Positions 1 through 12,861 of a stretch of DNA of 64,000 bases are shown here, piece after piece (positions within the stretch are counted from its first letter, which is position 1; the number at the start of each line of letters is the position of its first letter). Source of the stretch: Azolla caroliniana (taxonomy: Eukaryota; Plantae; Polypodiophyta); the NCBI GenBank assembly GCA_043228905.1, contig JBHGNT010000018.1:1364001-1428000 (forward strand), given 5' to 3'. The translations under genes were made by a program, and so were the position numbers. Under the pieces are notes generated by a model. That model was not told where the DNA came from. It saw only the letters and a list, made by a program, of their open reading frames with translations, and made no database searches.

Positions 1-1543
1 TGTATAATGTCCCCAAGAACCATTTTCAACCTCTTACTTACGACTTTGGCCATTATCTTATATGCATTGGTGAGAATCGTCAATGGTTGTCAAGGTCTTT
101 ACCAACCTTGGGTATTAAATAAATCATGTCTCTACACATTGTTGTGGGCATTAATCCTTCTACCATAATGTATTGCATCCCTGCCAACATGTCATCCTTA
201 ATTAGATCCCAATATTGGATGTAAAAGTACATAGGAAGTCCATTAATTCCTACACAGCTTTGTTTGTTCACATCCCAAATAACATCCCACAATTCATGCA
301 TACCTATAGGGGTATTTAGTTGGTTCATCATCTAAGTTGTAACTTTCCTTGGTATCCTATTTATTATATTTTTGAAGGCAACCTGATCAACCAGTTTCTC
401 ATTGCATACACTTAGTAGTTGAGTATAATAGCTTGTGGCTATTTCAAGCATTTCCTCTTTGCATGTAGTCATTGTGCCATCTATCTTTTTTAAGCATGAA
501 GGTTGAATCCCGGATCCTTTGCATTTAACAACTTCAAAAAATCCTTTAGTAACCCGACCTCCTACCCTCATCTAGCTTGCTGCCTTACTTCGATAGGCAT
601 AGGTGCTCCTAAGTTTTTGGTACATCTCTAGTTTGCTTTTGGCCTCCTCTAGTCAAGCCTCAATCCATACATTATGTGGGTATAATTCTCTTAGTCGTTG
701 CATAGAAGTGAGTGACCATTGCATTCTCTGCATTTTCTCAGTTATCTCTTTTCTAATTTCAATCGCTTTATGTTGAAAAAATCCTGTACATGCCTCAAGT
801 TTCCCAGCCAGCCTATGAGCAAGGTCAGGGTACCTCCATTTGATATTAGACCATATTTTCCATATATCATTGGTCCATTTAGTATCCATAACCAATTCCT
901 TGCACACCTTCACATTATGTGGCTTGCATCGATTGTTTTGTTGTCTGTGCAACAGAACTGGGGCATGATTATAGAACATTGTACCTGGACAAATAATGCA
1001 TCTGCCTTTCCTATCCATGAGTCGATGGTCCAAATACCATCTGTCCAACCTGGACATCGTCCACCCAGGCACATTTCCTCCTACTCTAGAGTATCGAAGA
1101 GATTTTTCTTTTTGCATTTGAAAGTTAGGTGCATTCCAACAGTCTATCACATTATATGCTAAACAAAACTTATCCCATGCATACTTCTCCGCCCCTTGCA
1201 CCATGCCATTTGCATTACCTCTTCTATCTTCTGGATGCTCCACCATATTAAAGTCTCCTCCAATGATCCACTACTCAACATCTGGTTTCTTGGCCACTAA
1301 TTGCAACCATAATTCTTGTCTTTCAGTAGCTGAATTTGGGGCATATATGTTCAGTATGCCCATGTGCCCACAACTAAGTTTTATCCTTATGTAGAGAACA
1401 CGACCCTCTATTAAACTCCCCCTGCCTGTACAGTTAACAGTAAACTTAGCTTTCATAGCTATAAGTACTCCCCCCTGAATCTGCCTATCCCCCGTAGCAG
1501 CTGACCATGTATTGGTCATGTCTCCTCTTCTTGAGTTGCTCAC
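1..1543 (-). mobile_element. Degenerate L1-type LINE ORF2 fragment (AP endonuclease and start of RT)
   Basis: Endonuclease motifs GGVLIA, ILNIYAPN, WIIGGDFN and SRLDRWY, then RT N-terminal motifs G-x-NGLP-x-YFY..WDLIK and LIPK. Split by stops across ORFs 1271-1543, 653-1246, 332-571 and 80-331; continues off the left edge. Confidence 0.85.
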
Positions 1544-1806
1544 AACATATACTTACAAATCTACAAATCTAGATATGTGATTGTATGACACATCTATGGA
1601 CCGGAAATTCTATTTTTCGGATTACATAATGACACATGGGCACTTGTTATTTTAATGTCTCACTAAACACAAGTGAAATTACTACTGTTGAGTGCTACAT
1701 TTCATAGAGCAATGTAAAAGGCACGTTTTTGCCCTTTTCTCACTTATTCTCCGTCTTTCTTGATCTTCACTATTAACCCTGTCTCTTTTTTTTGGAGAAA
1801 AAAACT

Positions 1807-1990
1807 CCTCTCTCTCTCTCTCTCACTCACATAAGTTAAAATTGGCCTCATAATTATCAATAAGCTAGCCACAATTATTAATAAAAAGTTAATTATCAAT
1901 AATGGTAACCTATTGGTTAAAACTTCAATGTGTGTGTGTGTGTGTATAATATATATATATATAAATATATATATATAAATATAAATATAT

Positions 1991-2028
<38 letters not shown>
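1807..2028. repeat. Microsatellite cluster (CT)n, (TG)n, (TA)n
   Basis: Directly visible dinucleotide runs at ~1807-1824 and ~1929-2028. Confidence 0.9.
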
Positions 2029-2029
<1 letters not shown>

Positions 2030-2114
2030 CAAGTCCTTGGGTTGACGTCCTCTTATGACCTTTTTATGATGACTATGGTATTACATATTTTTATTTATGA
2101 TATTTTCATTATAT

Positions 2115-2373
2115 TGTGGTGGTCACATGGACCACACCTAGATTAGGCCCCTACCAAGCCCCATGCACCACACATAGACCACACCCAAATTAGGCCCCTA
2201 CCAAGCCTCATGCACCACACCCAAACTAGGCCCCCACCAAGCCCCATAATTAGTAGAGCTAATTGGAGCGGGAGAACACCCTCCACGCTAAGAGAGAGTC
2301 TATAAAGTGTAACTTGAGACATAATGAAAAGGGGGCTATTCTTGAGAGCATTTCACATCTTGAGCATTTCACA
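2115..2373 (+). repeat. 5' LTR (259 bp)
   Basis: TGTGGTGG...TTTCACA, matches 6690-6948; contains three copies of CCACACCyArAyTAGGCCCCyACCAAGCC. Confidence 0.95.
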
Positions 2374-2376
2374 TCT

Positions 2377-2394
2377 TGGTGGAGAAGACGGGCA
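2377..2394 (+). promoter_or_regulatory. Primer binding site, best resembling tRNA-Ala 3' end
   Basis: TGGTGGAGAAGACGGGCA, 3 nt after the LTR; eukaryotic tRNA-Ala(AGC) 3' ends give TGGTGGAGAATGCGGGCA (from memory). Confidence 0.7.
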
Positions 2395-2433
2395 AAGCCA
2401 CCCCAACTCACGACCCCAACAACGCCCGCCACG

Positions 2434-3384
2434 ATGCAACACGACAACAACGACGGCAACGCAAACTCGATGAATCCGGAATTCCTACAACACAATCAAG
2501 GACACCAGCCCACATCGCCAATCGACCAACTGGTTCAAGCTCTGTCCAACATCATTTTACAAGTTAACCATACTAACCAAGCCATGTTGTCCTTTCTTTC
2601 AGCACGATCCGAGCCACAACAAAATCTCCCGGACTCTCGAGTTCGCCCAAAACCGTTCTCCGGCCTACCATCGGAAGACGTCCTCTCTTGGCTGGATCAT
2701 TTCGAAATGGTGGCCAGTTACCACCAGTGGCCACACCCTCGGAAGGCAATGGAGATGAAGACACTCCTCGAGAATATCGCGGCAACATGGCTTGTACAAC
2801 AACCCGAAGAGACACGCAACGACTGGGATCTGTTACGGGCAGCCATGATTCGGAATTTTGCTCATCAAGACTCCCGCCAGACAGCCCTACAACAACTTGA
2901 GTCAATTACCCAACAACCACGCGAACCCATCACCCAGTTCGCGGTTCGTTTTGTGCAGATCCTACGCCGGGCTGACGCCAACATGTCAGAGGACATGAAG
3001 TTGTTTTTTTTCTGGCCGCGTATACGACATGACCTCCGCCGCCGTGTATGCGATCAAGGCCTGATGACACTACACGAAGCCATCCTCACTGCCCAATGCA
3101 TCGAAGCTGCAGACACGCACGACATGCACACACCAGGTAATCTCAGTCATGATCATACAAACACTATACCAGCCGTCACTCCCATGGACATCGACATCCA
3201 GAACGCGCAATTACGTGCCAAGCGTGCATTGCCCGAACGAGACAGCCAGGGACGCCCCAAATGTTTCTACTGCAACAACTATGGCCACATTCGGCGTCAC
3301 TGCCGAAAGTGGCAGAATCACCAACAGAAGCAGAACGTCCAATTAGCTGACGCTGCCTCCCTCTCTGAGCTCCCGGAAAACTAA
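2434..3384 (+). CDS. gag: Gag (capsid plus CCHC zinc knuckle)
   Basis: First ATG after the PBS at 2434; PKPFSG...WLDHFE capsid motif; CFYCNNYGHIRRHC knuckle. Confidence 0.85.
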   Translation: MQHDNNDGNANSMNPEFLQHNQGHQPTSPIDQLVQALSNIILQVNHTNQAMLSFLSARSEPQQNLPDSRVRPKPFSGLPSEDVLSWLDHFEMVASYHQWPHPRKAMEMKTLLENIAATWLVQQPEETRNDWDLLRAAMIRNFAHQDSRQTALQQLESITQQPREPITQFAVRFVQILRRADANMSEDMKLFFFWPRIRHDLRRRVCDQGLMTLHEAILTAQCIEAADTHDMHTPGNLSHDHTNTIPAVTPMDIDIQNAQLRAKRALPERDSQGRPKCFYCNNYGHIRRHCRKWQNHQQKQNVQLADAASLSELPEN

Positions 3385-6300
3385 TGCGCAGGGTGCCGCA
3401 GGGAGAGCCGCCCTCGCACGTCCACGTCTCCACGTCCTCAACTTCTCCCGTTTCTCCCACGATCGAGCCGCCCCCGCACGTCCACGCCTCCACTTTATCA
3501 ACTTCGCCCGTTTGTACCACAATCGCCCGCCTCCAGCACACGACCCAAGAAGTTCTCCTCGACTCCGGCAGCAGCATCTCTTCCATCAGCGCAGATTTAG
3601 TCACCCAATTACAACTTCCCACGAGCCACGCACCGCCCATTAAAATCCTCTTCGGCGACCAACAACGGGTGTACCACTCACATACGCAAGTCAGGTGCAT
3701 GCTCACCATTAGTTCCGCCCAGATCCACCATCGTTTCTACGTCCTCCCGCGCCAGTTGTTCCCAATCACCTTGGGATGTGATTGGTTCCTCCATAGTCGA
3801 GCCTGTCTCGATTTCTCCGCACAACAGCTCATCCTCCCAAATCACATTCCGATCGCGCTCTTCACTACTCCGCGGGATACCACCCACATCAGCAACACAC
3901 AGTACCTGATATCACCGGCGGAGCGCATCAACGACATCAGACGGCTCCTCGCCACCTTTCCCTCGTTGTCTACACCACCTGTAAAACCTCCCTCGGTCCG
4001 TTTTCCGATTCACCACACGATTCCTACAGGCAACGCCCGCCCCATCAACGCAGCTCCCCGACGTCGCTCGCCTCTCGACCACGAGCGCATCGACAACGCC
4101 GTCAAAACTATGCTCCAACAAGGGATTATCACACCTTCCAAGAGCGAGTGGATCTCGGAGCCACACATGGTAAAGAAAGGGGATGGTTCTTACCGCTTTT
4201 GTGTCGACTTCCGACAACTGAACCATGTCACCACCCATGACCGATACCCTCTCCCTCGTATCGATGACCTCCTCGACCAGCTTGGCAAATCAAAGTACTT
4301 CACCTCCCTCGATCTAGCCTCGAGATATTGGCAGATCCAGATGAATCCTCACGATGCCCACAAAATTGCATTCCGCACTAGGAAAGGCATTTTTCAGTTC
4401 ACACGGATGCCCTTTGGCCTATCTGATGCGGGGAGCACATTCCAACGAATGGCTAATGCCATCTTCGATGATCTCATCACCCGCCGTGTCGTCATCGTCT
4501 ATCTAGACGATATTCTGGTACATACAAGCACTTGGGCAGAACACCTTCAAGTCCTTCGGGAGGTCCTAACTTGTGTTCAACGCTATCGATTGTAGCTGCA
4601 ATGGAAGAAGTGCCGATGGGGTAGTACGTGCCTCCGCTTCCTTGGGTACGTCATCTCCTCCGACGGAATACAAATGGACCCGGAGAAGACAGAAGCAGTC
4701 CAAAAATTCCCACGCCCCACCACAGTCAAGCAGCTTCAACGCTTCCTCGGCCTCCTCACGTTCTCTCTTCGTTTCATCCCACGGCTAGCCGACCTGTCAG
4801 CCCCACTACGCGCGCTCCTACAAAAAGACGCACCCTTCCTGTGGACCGAAGCCTGCGAATCCAGCTTCCTGCAGCTCAAGAGAACACTCCAAGCCTCTGA
4901 CCTCCTGGCCCACCCTGATTTCACGAAGCCTTTCCATCTGCAGACGGATGCCTCCAATGTCGGCCTTGGTGCGGTCCTGCTCCAATCCGACGACAACGAC
5001 CAACTCCGCCCGATTGCCTACATCAGTCAGTCACTTACCAAAGCCGAACAAAATTACTCGACAACTGAAAAAGAGTTCCTCGCCATCGTCTGGGCATTCC
5101 ATCGTTTCCACCCATACCTTCACGGATCAAATACATCAGTCGAAACCGACCATCAGCCACTGCTCTCCCTCATAAAGAAGGCTCATCCACCCGGCCGCTT
5201 ACTTCGTTGGGTTTTGGCGCTACAGGATTACACATTCACTCTGCGCTATCGCCATGGTCCACAAAACATCGTCGCCGATGGATTATCCCGCATATCCTTT
5301 CAGGCGAACCAGATCACCTCCAACACAATCGATTTCCCCATATCCTCGTCCCAAATGGCCAACATGCAACAACACGACAAACAAATCCAAGATATCTGCC
5401 ACCTCCTACGAGCTGAACCGACATCATCCCTCACCAAGCAATTCATGATCCAGGATAATGTCCTACTTTTTTGTCAAGTAGGCAAAGAACCCCGAGTCTA
5501 CGTGCCTGAGCAACTACGCCAGTCTTACCTTCGTTTCTTCCACGATCACCCGTTGTCCGGCCACTTGGGTTTTCATAAGGTGCTCGACAAAATTCGTCGC
5601 AAATTCTATTGGCCTGGGCTACGCCACGAGGTCGCCTCCTACATCAAAGCATGCAACTTATGTCAGGCCATCAAATCACCTCAAGGGGCTCAAGGCCTCT
5701 TACATCCGATACAAGTTCAAGCTCCATTTGAAATCGTCGGATGGGACATTATGGGCCCCTTTCCCGAGTCACAAGGAGGGAACAAATTCATCCTCGTCAT
5801 CACCGAGTACTTGACGCGTTGGGCTGAGACGGCCGTTATCCCAGATGCAAAGGCTATGACCATCGCCTCCAAACTATTGGAGAAAATCATCTTCCCCCAC
5901 GGTTGCCCACTCCAAATCTTGTCCGATCGAGGACCCCAGTTCAACGGTGAGCTCCTACGCCTCGTTTCAACACAACTAGGAATCCAACAGTTATTCATGT
6001 CACCCTACCATCCGCAAACGAATGGGTTGACGGAGCGCCTCAATCGAACCTTAAAACAACAAATCTCAGCCTACATCGATCCGCTGCACTCAACCTGGGA
6101 CCGAATCTTGCCCTTCGTTACGCATGCCTACAACACAACTGTGCAAGCCTCTACCCGCATTAGCCCATTTCGGGCCCTTTACGGAAGGGACCCGCGCTTA
6201 CCCCCAGAAGTGGCAGTCCCGCAACCAACCACACGACTCCACGCTGACGCAGTGTCTTGGTGGTCCCACCTACAACAACTCCAGCCCCTCCTCCGCAAAG

Positions 6301-6689
6301 CCATCACGAGCAACCTGCACCAGGCACAACTACGCCAAAAACGACAACACGATATAGGCCGTGTCGACCATCAATACCACGTTGGTGACAAAGTCCTCGT
6401 CTACTTCCCCATCCGTCGTCGCAGTCTCAGCGAATCGCTCATGCACTGATGGATCGGTCCCTTCGAAGTTCAAAAGCAGATACGCAACACTACATACCTG
6501 CTCCGCCGCACCTCCAACAACCGCTCTACCTTTGCTCACCAGTCTCGCATGAAGCCCTTCCATCAACTACCACCGCCCCCGCCCACACTCATGCCTACGC
6601 CCACGCCCGTGTCATCCCCCCGTCTGGAACCGTCGTCCACGCCTCGTCACGCTTCGACTGCACAGTAACTTTTTTTTACAAGGGGGAAT
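3384..6689 (+). pseudogene. pol: Pol (protease, RT, RNase H, integrase) with two in-frame stops
   Basis: LLDSGS protease; YRFCVDFR, MPFGL and YLDD RT; TDAS and TDH RNase H; HHCC and GWDIMGP/SDRG/ERLN integrase; GPF module after TGA 6447-6449; TAG at 4593-4595. End coordinate approximate. Confidence 0.9.
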
Positions 6690-6948
6690 TGTGGTGGTCA
6701 CATGGACCACACCTAGATTAGGCCCCTACCAAGCCCCATGCACCACACATAGACCACACCCAAATTAGGCCCCTACCAAGCCTCATGCACCACACCCAAA
6801 CTAGGCCCCCACCAAGCCCCATAATTAGTAGAGCTAATTGGAGCGGGAGAACACCCTCCACGCTAAGAGAGAGTCTATAAAGTGTAACTTGAGACATAAT
6901 GAAAAGGGGGCTATTCTTGAGAGCATTTCACATCTTGAGCATTTCACA
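6690..6948 (+). repeat. 3' LTR (259 bp)
   Basis: Copy of 2115-2373, preceded by the PPT. Confidence 0.95.
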
Positions 6949-7318
6949 ATATACTCCACGTTAGTTTAAACTTGAAGGCATGTAATAAGGGTCTTGGGTT
7001 CAAGCCATCTTATGACCTATTTTCTTGCTGACTATGGTATCATATATATATGGTATTTTGTATAGTTGTTCATGACACTATCTCTTTCCTCTAACAACGA
7101 GTTCCATGAGTCATAATGTATGATTTGAGATGTAGCTTATTGGGATATCAATGATGAAATTCAGTTACAATATCTATAACAATAACAAGACTCTTAGTAG
7201 GCTCCAATGTTTGATGACTAAGTGTACGACCACACCAATTACCCAAGCAATATTATTTGTTACACACAATGTTTGAGTTAAAAATGGTTTTGACGTTTTA
7301 TTCGAGACAATCAAGAAG

Positions 7319-7445
7319 TTACCCATGAGGTGGAGGAACCACACGATCTAGAATAGAGCTTGAAGCATAAGGTTCCAAAAGTGATATATGGAAGACTAGG
7401 TGAAGATGCATAATATGATGAGAGAGATCAAAAACGAAATGAAAT
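7319..7445 (-). mobile_element. Small relic of a chromovirus integrase C-terminus
   Basis: HLVFHISLLEPYASSSILDRVVPPP resembles HPVFHVSLLEPYTTSSIPGRVTPPP in the element at 24967-30901. Confidence 0.7.
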
Positions 7446-7871
7446 GTCATTGAGTTGGTCAACGATAACGTAGGCGCGTGGTAGCAGACATGTACGTGCA
7501 TGCGTGTATGCACACACACACACAACTCTTGATTTAGAAGATGCAAGGATGAACTTCATACATACACTTGTTGATTACTAGGCAATGGAGCCTACTATGA
7601 ATTCTACCATCTTCAAGGACCATGGTCAATGTGTGTTTCATTCCATCTATACAACAAATTCCAAAACAAAGGACAAAAGAGCACTACATGTGTGGAGCCT
7701 CTTAGACTTGGGGTTTGCACATAGGCTGAGAGGATGAATTTTCAAGTTCGGCGTTGTGCGCCAGTCACCAACGTTGACTTGCAACAATGCCATTAACAAC
7801 AACAATTATCGCCACTACGTTGGCTCTAGGGCGAGGGTTGAGTTGGTGGTTGCTCCTCCTTCGCCGATTAA

Positions 7872-8125
7872 CTTCCTTTTCGCTTTCCTTCTTTATAGCT
7901 TGTGAAACCTTTCTTCACATTCTCTTCGTTCTTTCTTTTTCTTCCCTCTTCCTTTAACTCAACCTCTCTATGTCATCTTTAGCCAAGGCTGAACTAAAGT
8001 TCTTCCTTCTCGCTTTCCTTCTTTATTGCTTGTCAAACCTTTCTTCACATTCTCTTCATTCTTTCTTTTTCTTCCCGAGTCTTCCTTTAACACAACCTCT
8101 CTATGTCAGCCTTAACCAAGGCTAG
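7872..8125 (+). repeat. Tandem duplication of a ~130-bp pyrimidine-rich unit
   Basis: CGCTTTCCTTCTTTAT...CAACCTCTCTATGTCA...CCAAGGCT occurs at ~7881 and ~8011. Confidence 0.8.
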
Positions 8126-10639
8126 AATATGAACACCCTAGGTTTGAATAAAGGATCTGGGGAAAAAACTAGGGGTGACACCTAGTTTCAAGGACCTAGG
8201 GATGATTTTAGGTGCCTTGGTACAAAATAAGGGACTAGGGTAAATTAGAGGGTCCCAAGGCTCAAAATATGTCCTAGGAAGGATTTTAGGTCCCGAATGA
8301 GAATCTAGGAATGACTTTGTTGTTAATTTTCTTTACAGTCGGGGAATTTTTTCCTTCCTTCAATTGAGTGTCGAGTACTTCGATGTATGGAACCAAAGTT
8401 TGTTGCCCAAAAAATGAAGGCCTATTTGAGATTTTTGTCAAGATCCTTCTCTTAACCCAAATTGCGAAGAACATGATCTATAATTCTGTCAAAATATGCT
8501 TAGATAAAAAACACTCAGGTGGATGTAATCTGCCCATATTACAATAAGCCTAGGGCGTAAAAATAAGCAAAGTTACAATGGAAAATCTCTTTTTATACAT
8601 TGTGTGCAAAAGTCTAGTCCCATGAAGAATTTTGTTTGATGTTTAATGAAGGGGAAAAATAATCTCAAGTTATGAGTGTTGCACTCCCACAATCAACATC
8701 TACATTGTCTTTTGTTGCCTTAACCTCCACGCACCCTCTTCTCGAATTTTTTTCCACCCACGAACCTTTTCACCCTAAAAATCCACAACAACTAAAAAGC
8801 AAATATGGAACAACTAACCCTAAAATTTCATAACAAAAAACCCTCTAACTCCTTAACTCCTGAAACCCTCTAATTTAAAGATTGTCATTGTTTAGACCCT
8901 ATTATTGAAATTAGCAAAGGTCAAGCCTTAAATCTTTTCATTCCATTGTATAATCGTTATAATTTAAAGTAAACCTTTTTGTTGTTTTACGTTTTAATCC
9001 TATTTTGTTGCCCTTGGTTCCTAGAGTTTTGAGTTCTTTAGAAAACTTTATATTTAGATACTTTTCTACCTTCACACACGCACACACACACAACATCACG
9101 ACATAGTTGGGTTGTAACAACATAACACTTAAATGTAAATAAATCTATGGTCGTCTACTAATAAATAATATTGAGGTATCTTGTAGTTGGGATGTAAATG
9201 ATATGTAAACAAGTACTTGATTTGGCTAACAAAGCTTTAATGTTGTATGCCCGAACAACATGATCAATAATGTAGTCTTTCCCCAATTGCCTCAAACAAT
9301 TACTTAACAATTTTGTAGAAACCTACAAATGAAATGTATTGAGAGTTATGGCAACTTAACTCATATGGAGTATAAATTGAATGAAACCTTTCATAAAGGT
9401 GGAGATGGAAATAATGTAAACAATTACATATTAGACATCATGGTTGGCCTTTTTTTTAAGTGTTACACTTGTTTTGAGTGGACATAGGGAATTACCTTTT
9501 CCATATTCTTAAAACTTATGGTAAGAAAGTAAGTACGTTCTTCATAATGAAGCCCAATTCATGTCAACCACTACTCACAATATACCGTTGTATGGTGACT
9601 AACCCAGTGACCCATAATCAGACGACCATGACAACACAATCTACGTCGACACTATCCTTAACTCCTTATATCTTCCCAATCAAACACAATCCCTTAGGTT
9701 GTCCATACAACACATCAAACTTTTCCTATGTAATGGCGACCTAGTAGAATCCCAAACCCCTACATATTCTTCATGCATTTACCTCAAGTCAATGCACGAT
9801 AACTTGCTACTCTATGCTAAGGCTGATGTTTTGGAGGTTTATTAAGGTAGTCTAGGATTCTTTAATGTTGGGTACACTTGAGGCATATCCAACAAATCTT
9901 GCAGATTAACAATCTAATGTTAGGATGCGCTTTCGATTTTTGTGTCATACCAAAGTGACGAAGAAATGATTTGACACCCAAAAAGGCCGACTCTAAATAT
10001 TTCCTAATTCAATGGAGAATCAAGCGTTATACTTGATTATAAGGATTCTACTTGCCTCATACTTTTGGCAAAGCGCCCATTAACGTGAAATAATTAAAAT
10101 GCAATAGTTCAAGAAGAGACATATTATCATAAAGTAACTCAAATTGTTCCCCTACTAAATCCCAATACCATGTATAATTAAAAACCTAGAATAAAATTAA
10201 GGCATTATTTTCATCTTTTGGTTTGCTGAAGTTATTGCATTAACAATAAATTGCATGTAACGTGAGGAATTGTGCAAACAAATAGAAAACAATATAATGA
10301 AGCCAATTCTAGGAACAAAAGATTGTAAACTCATAACTAGAAAACAGAGGACTTATTGTAAGTGGCACATTGTGAGCATTGGGATATGAATGTGTATACA
10401 AGTAGAAATTGGAGGAATATTTTGCAAACAAGTAGAAAATAGTGTCACGGAGTAAAGTCGTAAACATTTCTAATAACAAAAGATTGTAAAGTAGTAAAGA
10501 AACTAGAGGAGCTATCCCTAAAAGGGAGCATTTCAAGTAGGCACTTTAAGTGTGGGGGTAGCAATGTCCATTGATGGATATAGAAGATATAGATGTGATA
10601 TGGGCAAGAACTTGGTGTAAATTGGTGGATGAGCATATA

Positions 10640-10790
10640 GTTCAGATCTCTTCGGTCTAAATGTGGTATAATGCTCTACCCCACTATTCTATACTATGGT
10701 TAATCCCATAATAATGATCAGGAAAAGTAGTGAAAGAGAGCTCCCAAAAGTAGCCAGTACCCTTAATGTCTGGGAGTGTCTTGTCTTGTC
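10640..10790 (-). pseudogene. Possible RLK transmembrane/juxtamembrane remnant
   Basis: SSLSLLFLIIIMGLTIV resembles ISFSLLFLMVIMGFTIIV just upstream of the kinase at ~13920-13980. Confidence 0.4.
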
Positions 10791-10983
10791 TTCTCCATGA
10801 AGGTTATTTTGGGTGATGGCTTGACCATATAATTCCTCAAATACCACATAAATCAAAAATTTCTTTGCCATGGTAGTACATGTTTTCAGCCCTTGTAGCT
10901 GTAGATTTCATGCATACTACAATGTATGCATTGGGCAAACACATAAAAATGGCTTTATGCACCAAAATGTACACACTTCCACT

Positions 10984-11559
10984 TAGCAATGGGCCTGGTT
11001 CGGTTCAATTTCGGTGCCTTGAAACCAAACCAAACCCTTTATATAAAACAAAAACCAAACCAAACCATTTATGAACATTCGAACTTTTAAACCAAACCAT
11101 TTTAAAAAAAGGTAAACTAAACCATTTAAACCAAAACCGTTTAGGGAAAAGTTAAAACCAAATCGAACCATTTAATAAAAAGTTTAACCCAACCTAATTA
11201 AAAAATTAATTAAATAAAAATACACAAAATTAAACAAGCATTTATGTTAAAATAAATAAATAAATAAATAAGATTAATTGAGCCATTAGATTAAATAAAC
11301 AATTAAGTTAAGTGAATTAAACCAATGAAATACATTAATTAAGCCATTAAATTACATAAACATTTAATGGATAAAAAAAGATAGCCCAAAAACCTATAAA
11401 CCTATAAACCCTAGTTTCAAAACCAAACCGAACTGAAACCGAACCATTTATTATTAATTAAAACCAAACCAAACCATTTAATTATTTTGAAACTTATAAA
11501 CCTTTAAACCATGGTTTAATGGTTCAGTTCGGTTTAAGCCGAAACCGGGCCCATTGCTA
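10984..11559. mobile_element. Non-autonomous hAT-type MITE (576 bp)
   Basis: TIRs TAGCAATGGGCC(T/C)GGTT(T)CGG; perfect 8-bp TSD CTTCCACT (10976-10983 and 11560-11567); many subterminal AAACC(A/G) motifs; AT-rich core. Confidence 0.92.
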
Positions 11560-11751
11560 CTTCCACTAACAAAAAAATGTTTGTAAACTCCAAATGCATT
11601 TGATGTACACCCCCCCTAAGATCTTAGGGAGGTGTCTTAGTTTGCAGGGCGAGGATTGTAGAGATTGGGACGTGACATGGGCAAGGGTAGGAGGTGGCCT
11701 TCCATGAGACTGTGTCGGACTTCTCTCATGCTCCGTTGACACTCCACATCT

Positions 11752-12078
11752 TGTAAGAAAGGTTCAAAACATAACGGGCTGGATTGACAACAAAGAACGA
11801 GAGAGAGTTTTCGAAGAATGTAGAACAAGGTAAGATATTATATTAAGACAACTGTATTACAATGTAAGAACCTACAAGAACAACTCAAGATGTAGTACCA
11901 CACACATAACTAAACAATACTTCATACATATATATATATACAAAGAAGTAACAACTAGCCGTTACTTCTTTGTAACTGTTGTTTTGTCTTTTTCTTATTG
12001 TTCTTTGTAACTCATGTTTTGTCTTTATTCTCATAACTCATGTTTTATCATTTGTGGTGTAAACAGGTAATCTTCAAA
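11752..12078 (-). mobile_element. Solo-LTR-like insertion (327 bp) in the kinase 3' coding region
   Basis: Flanked by 5-bp direct repeat CATCT; removing it restores C-H-P-D-V-E-C, colinear with the paralog at ~45130; starts TG, other end not canonical. Strand tentative. Confidence 0.7.
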
Positions 12079-12861
12079 CATCTGGGTGACAACAATTGAG
12101 TGCCACATGAATCACACATCTCCACATCATCCTCACATTCTCAAACTCATCATGTATGCCATGGGCATCGAATTCCAACATGCAAGGGTCAAGTGAATCC
12201 ATGAACTTGTCATCCTTATGAAGGGTTCACACCTAATCCAACAGGTTCATCACTTCTGGACAAAGGCTGAAATCGAGTACACGCCTACCGCATGCGGTCT
12301 CGAGAGCCAAGATCCCGAAACTGTACACATTGGCTTTTTCCGTTGCTCGTCCTGAGTATACCAATTCGGGTGCAATATAGCCGATTGTGCCCCTGGCTGT
12401 CATGGTCACCCCGATCTTGTCGCGAGACACTAGCCTCGCCAGACCAAAGTCCTCGAGCATTGGCTCCCAATCTGGGTTCAACAAAACATTGGTTGCCTTG
12501 ACATCTTTATGGATCACAGACCCCCCAAGGCCTTCATGTAGATATTCCGATGCAGTCGCACGCCCACCAGTATCTTCCATCTCCCATCAATTGGATAACA
12601 AATTTTCTTCTTAATATTAATTTTGATATAAAGTACAAAGCTTGCTTAATTAATACCTAGCCCGTTTTCCCTCTCCAACCACTCTTTTATAGAGGCCCCC
12701 ATGCATATGATGCTTGTGAGGGTGTAAGACATGCATGAGATGCATGTTTGCCATTTGGCGCTCATGTATTACATGTGATGCATGATAACCATGTCACTCA
12801 ATTGAGCTCTAACATGAAAGTTTACATGTGAAAGTATAATGATAGTAAAAATATTTCTAAA

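Larger units (their letters stand above)
2115..6948 (+). mobile_element. Full-length young Ty3/gypsy LTR retrotransposon without chromodomain
   Basis: Two 259-bp TG..CA LTRs, identical by eye; 4-bp flanking repeat ATAT; PBS at 2377-2394; PPT AAGGGGGAAT at 6680-6689; gag then PR-RT-RH-INT order. Confidence 0.95.

Noticed and set aside
2263-2433. N-terminal extension of gag in the ORF track
   Set aside because: Starts at a TTG inside the LTR and crosses the PBS; ATG 2434 is more plausible.
8130-10140. Possible decayed DNA transposon or hAT transposase (CCTAGG-rich stretch, faint motifs near 9170-9300)
   Set aside because: No TIR, TSD or convincing motif could be fixed by eye; needs tBLASTn/HMM.
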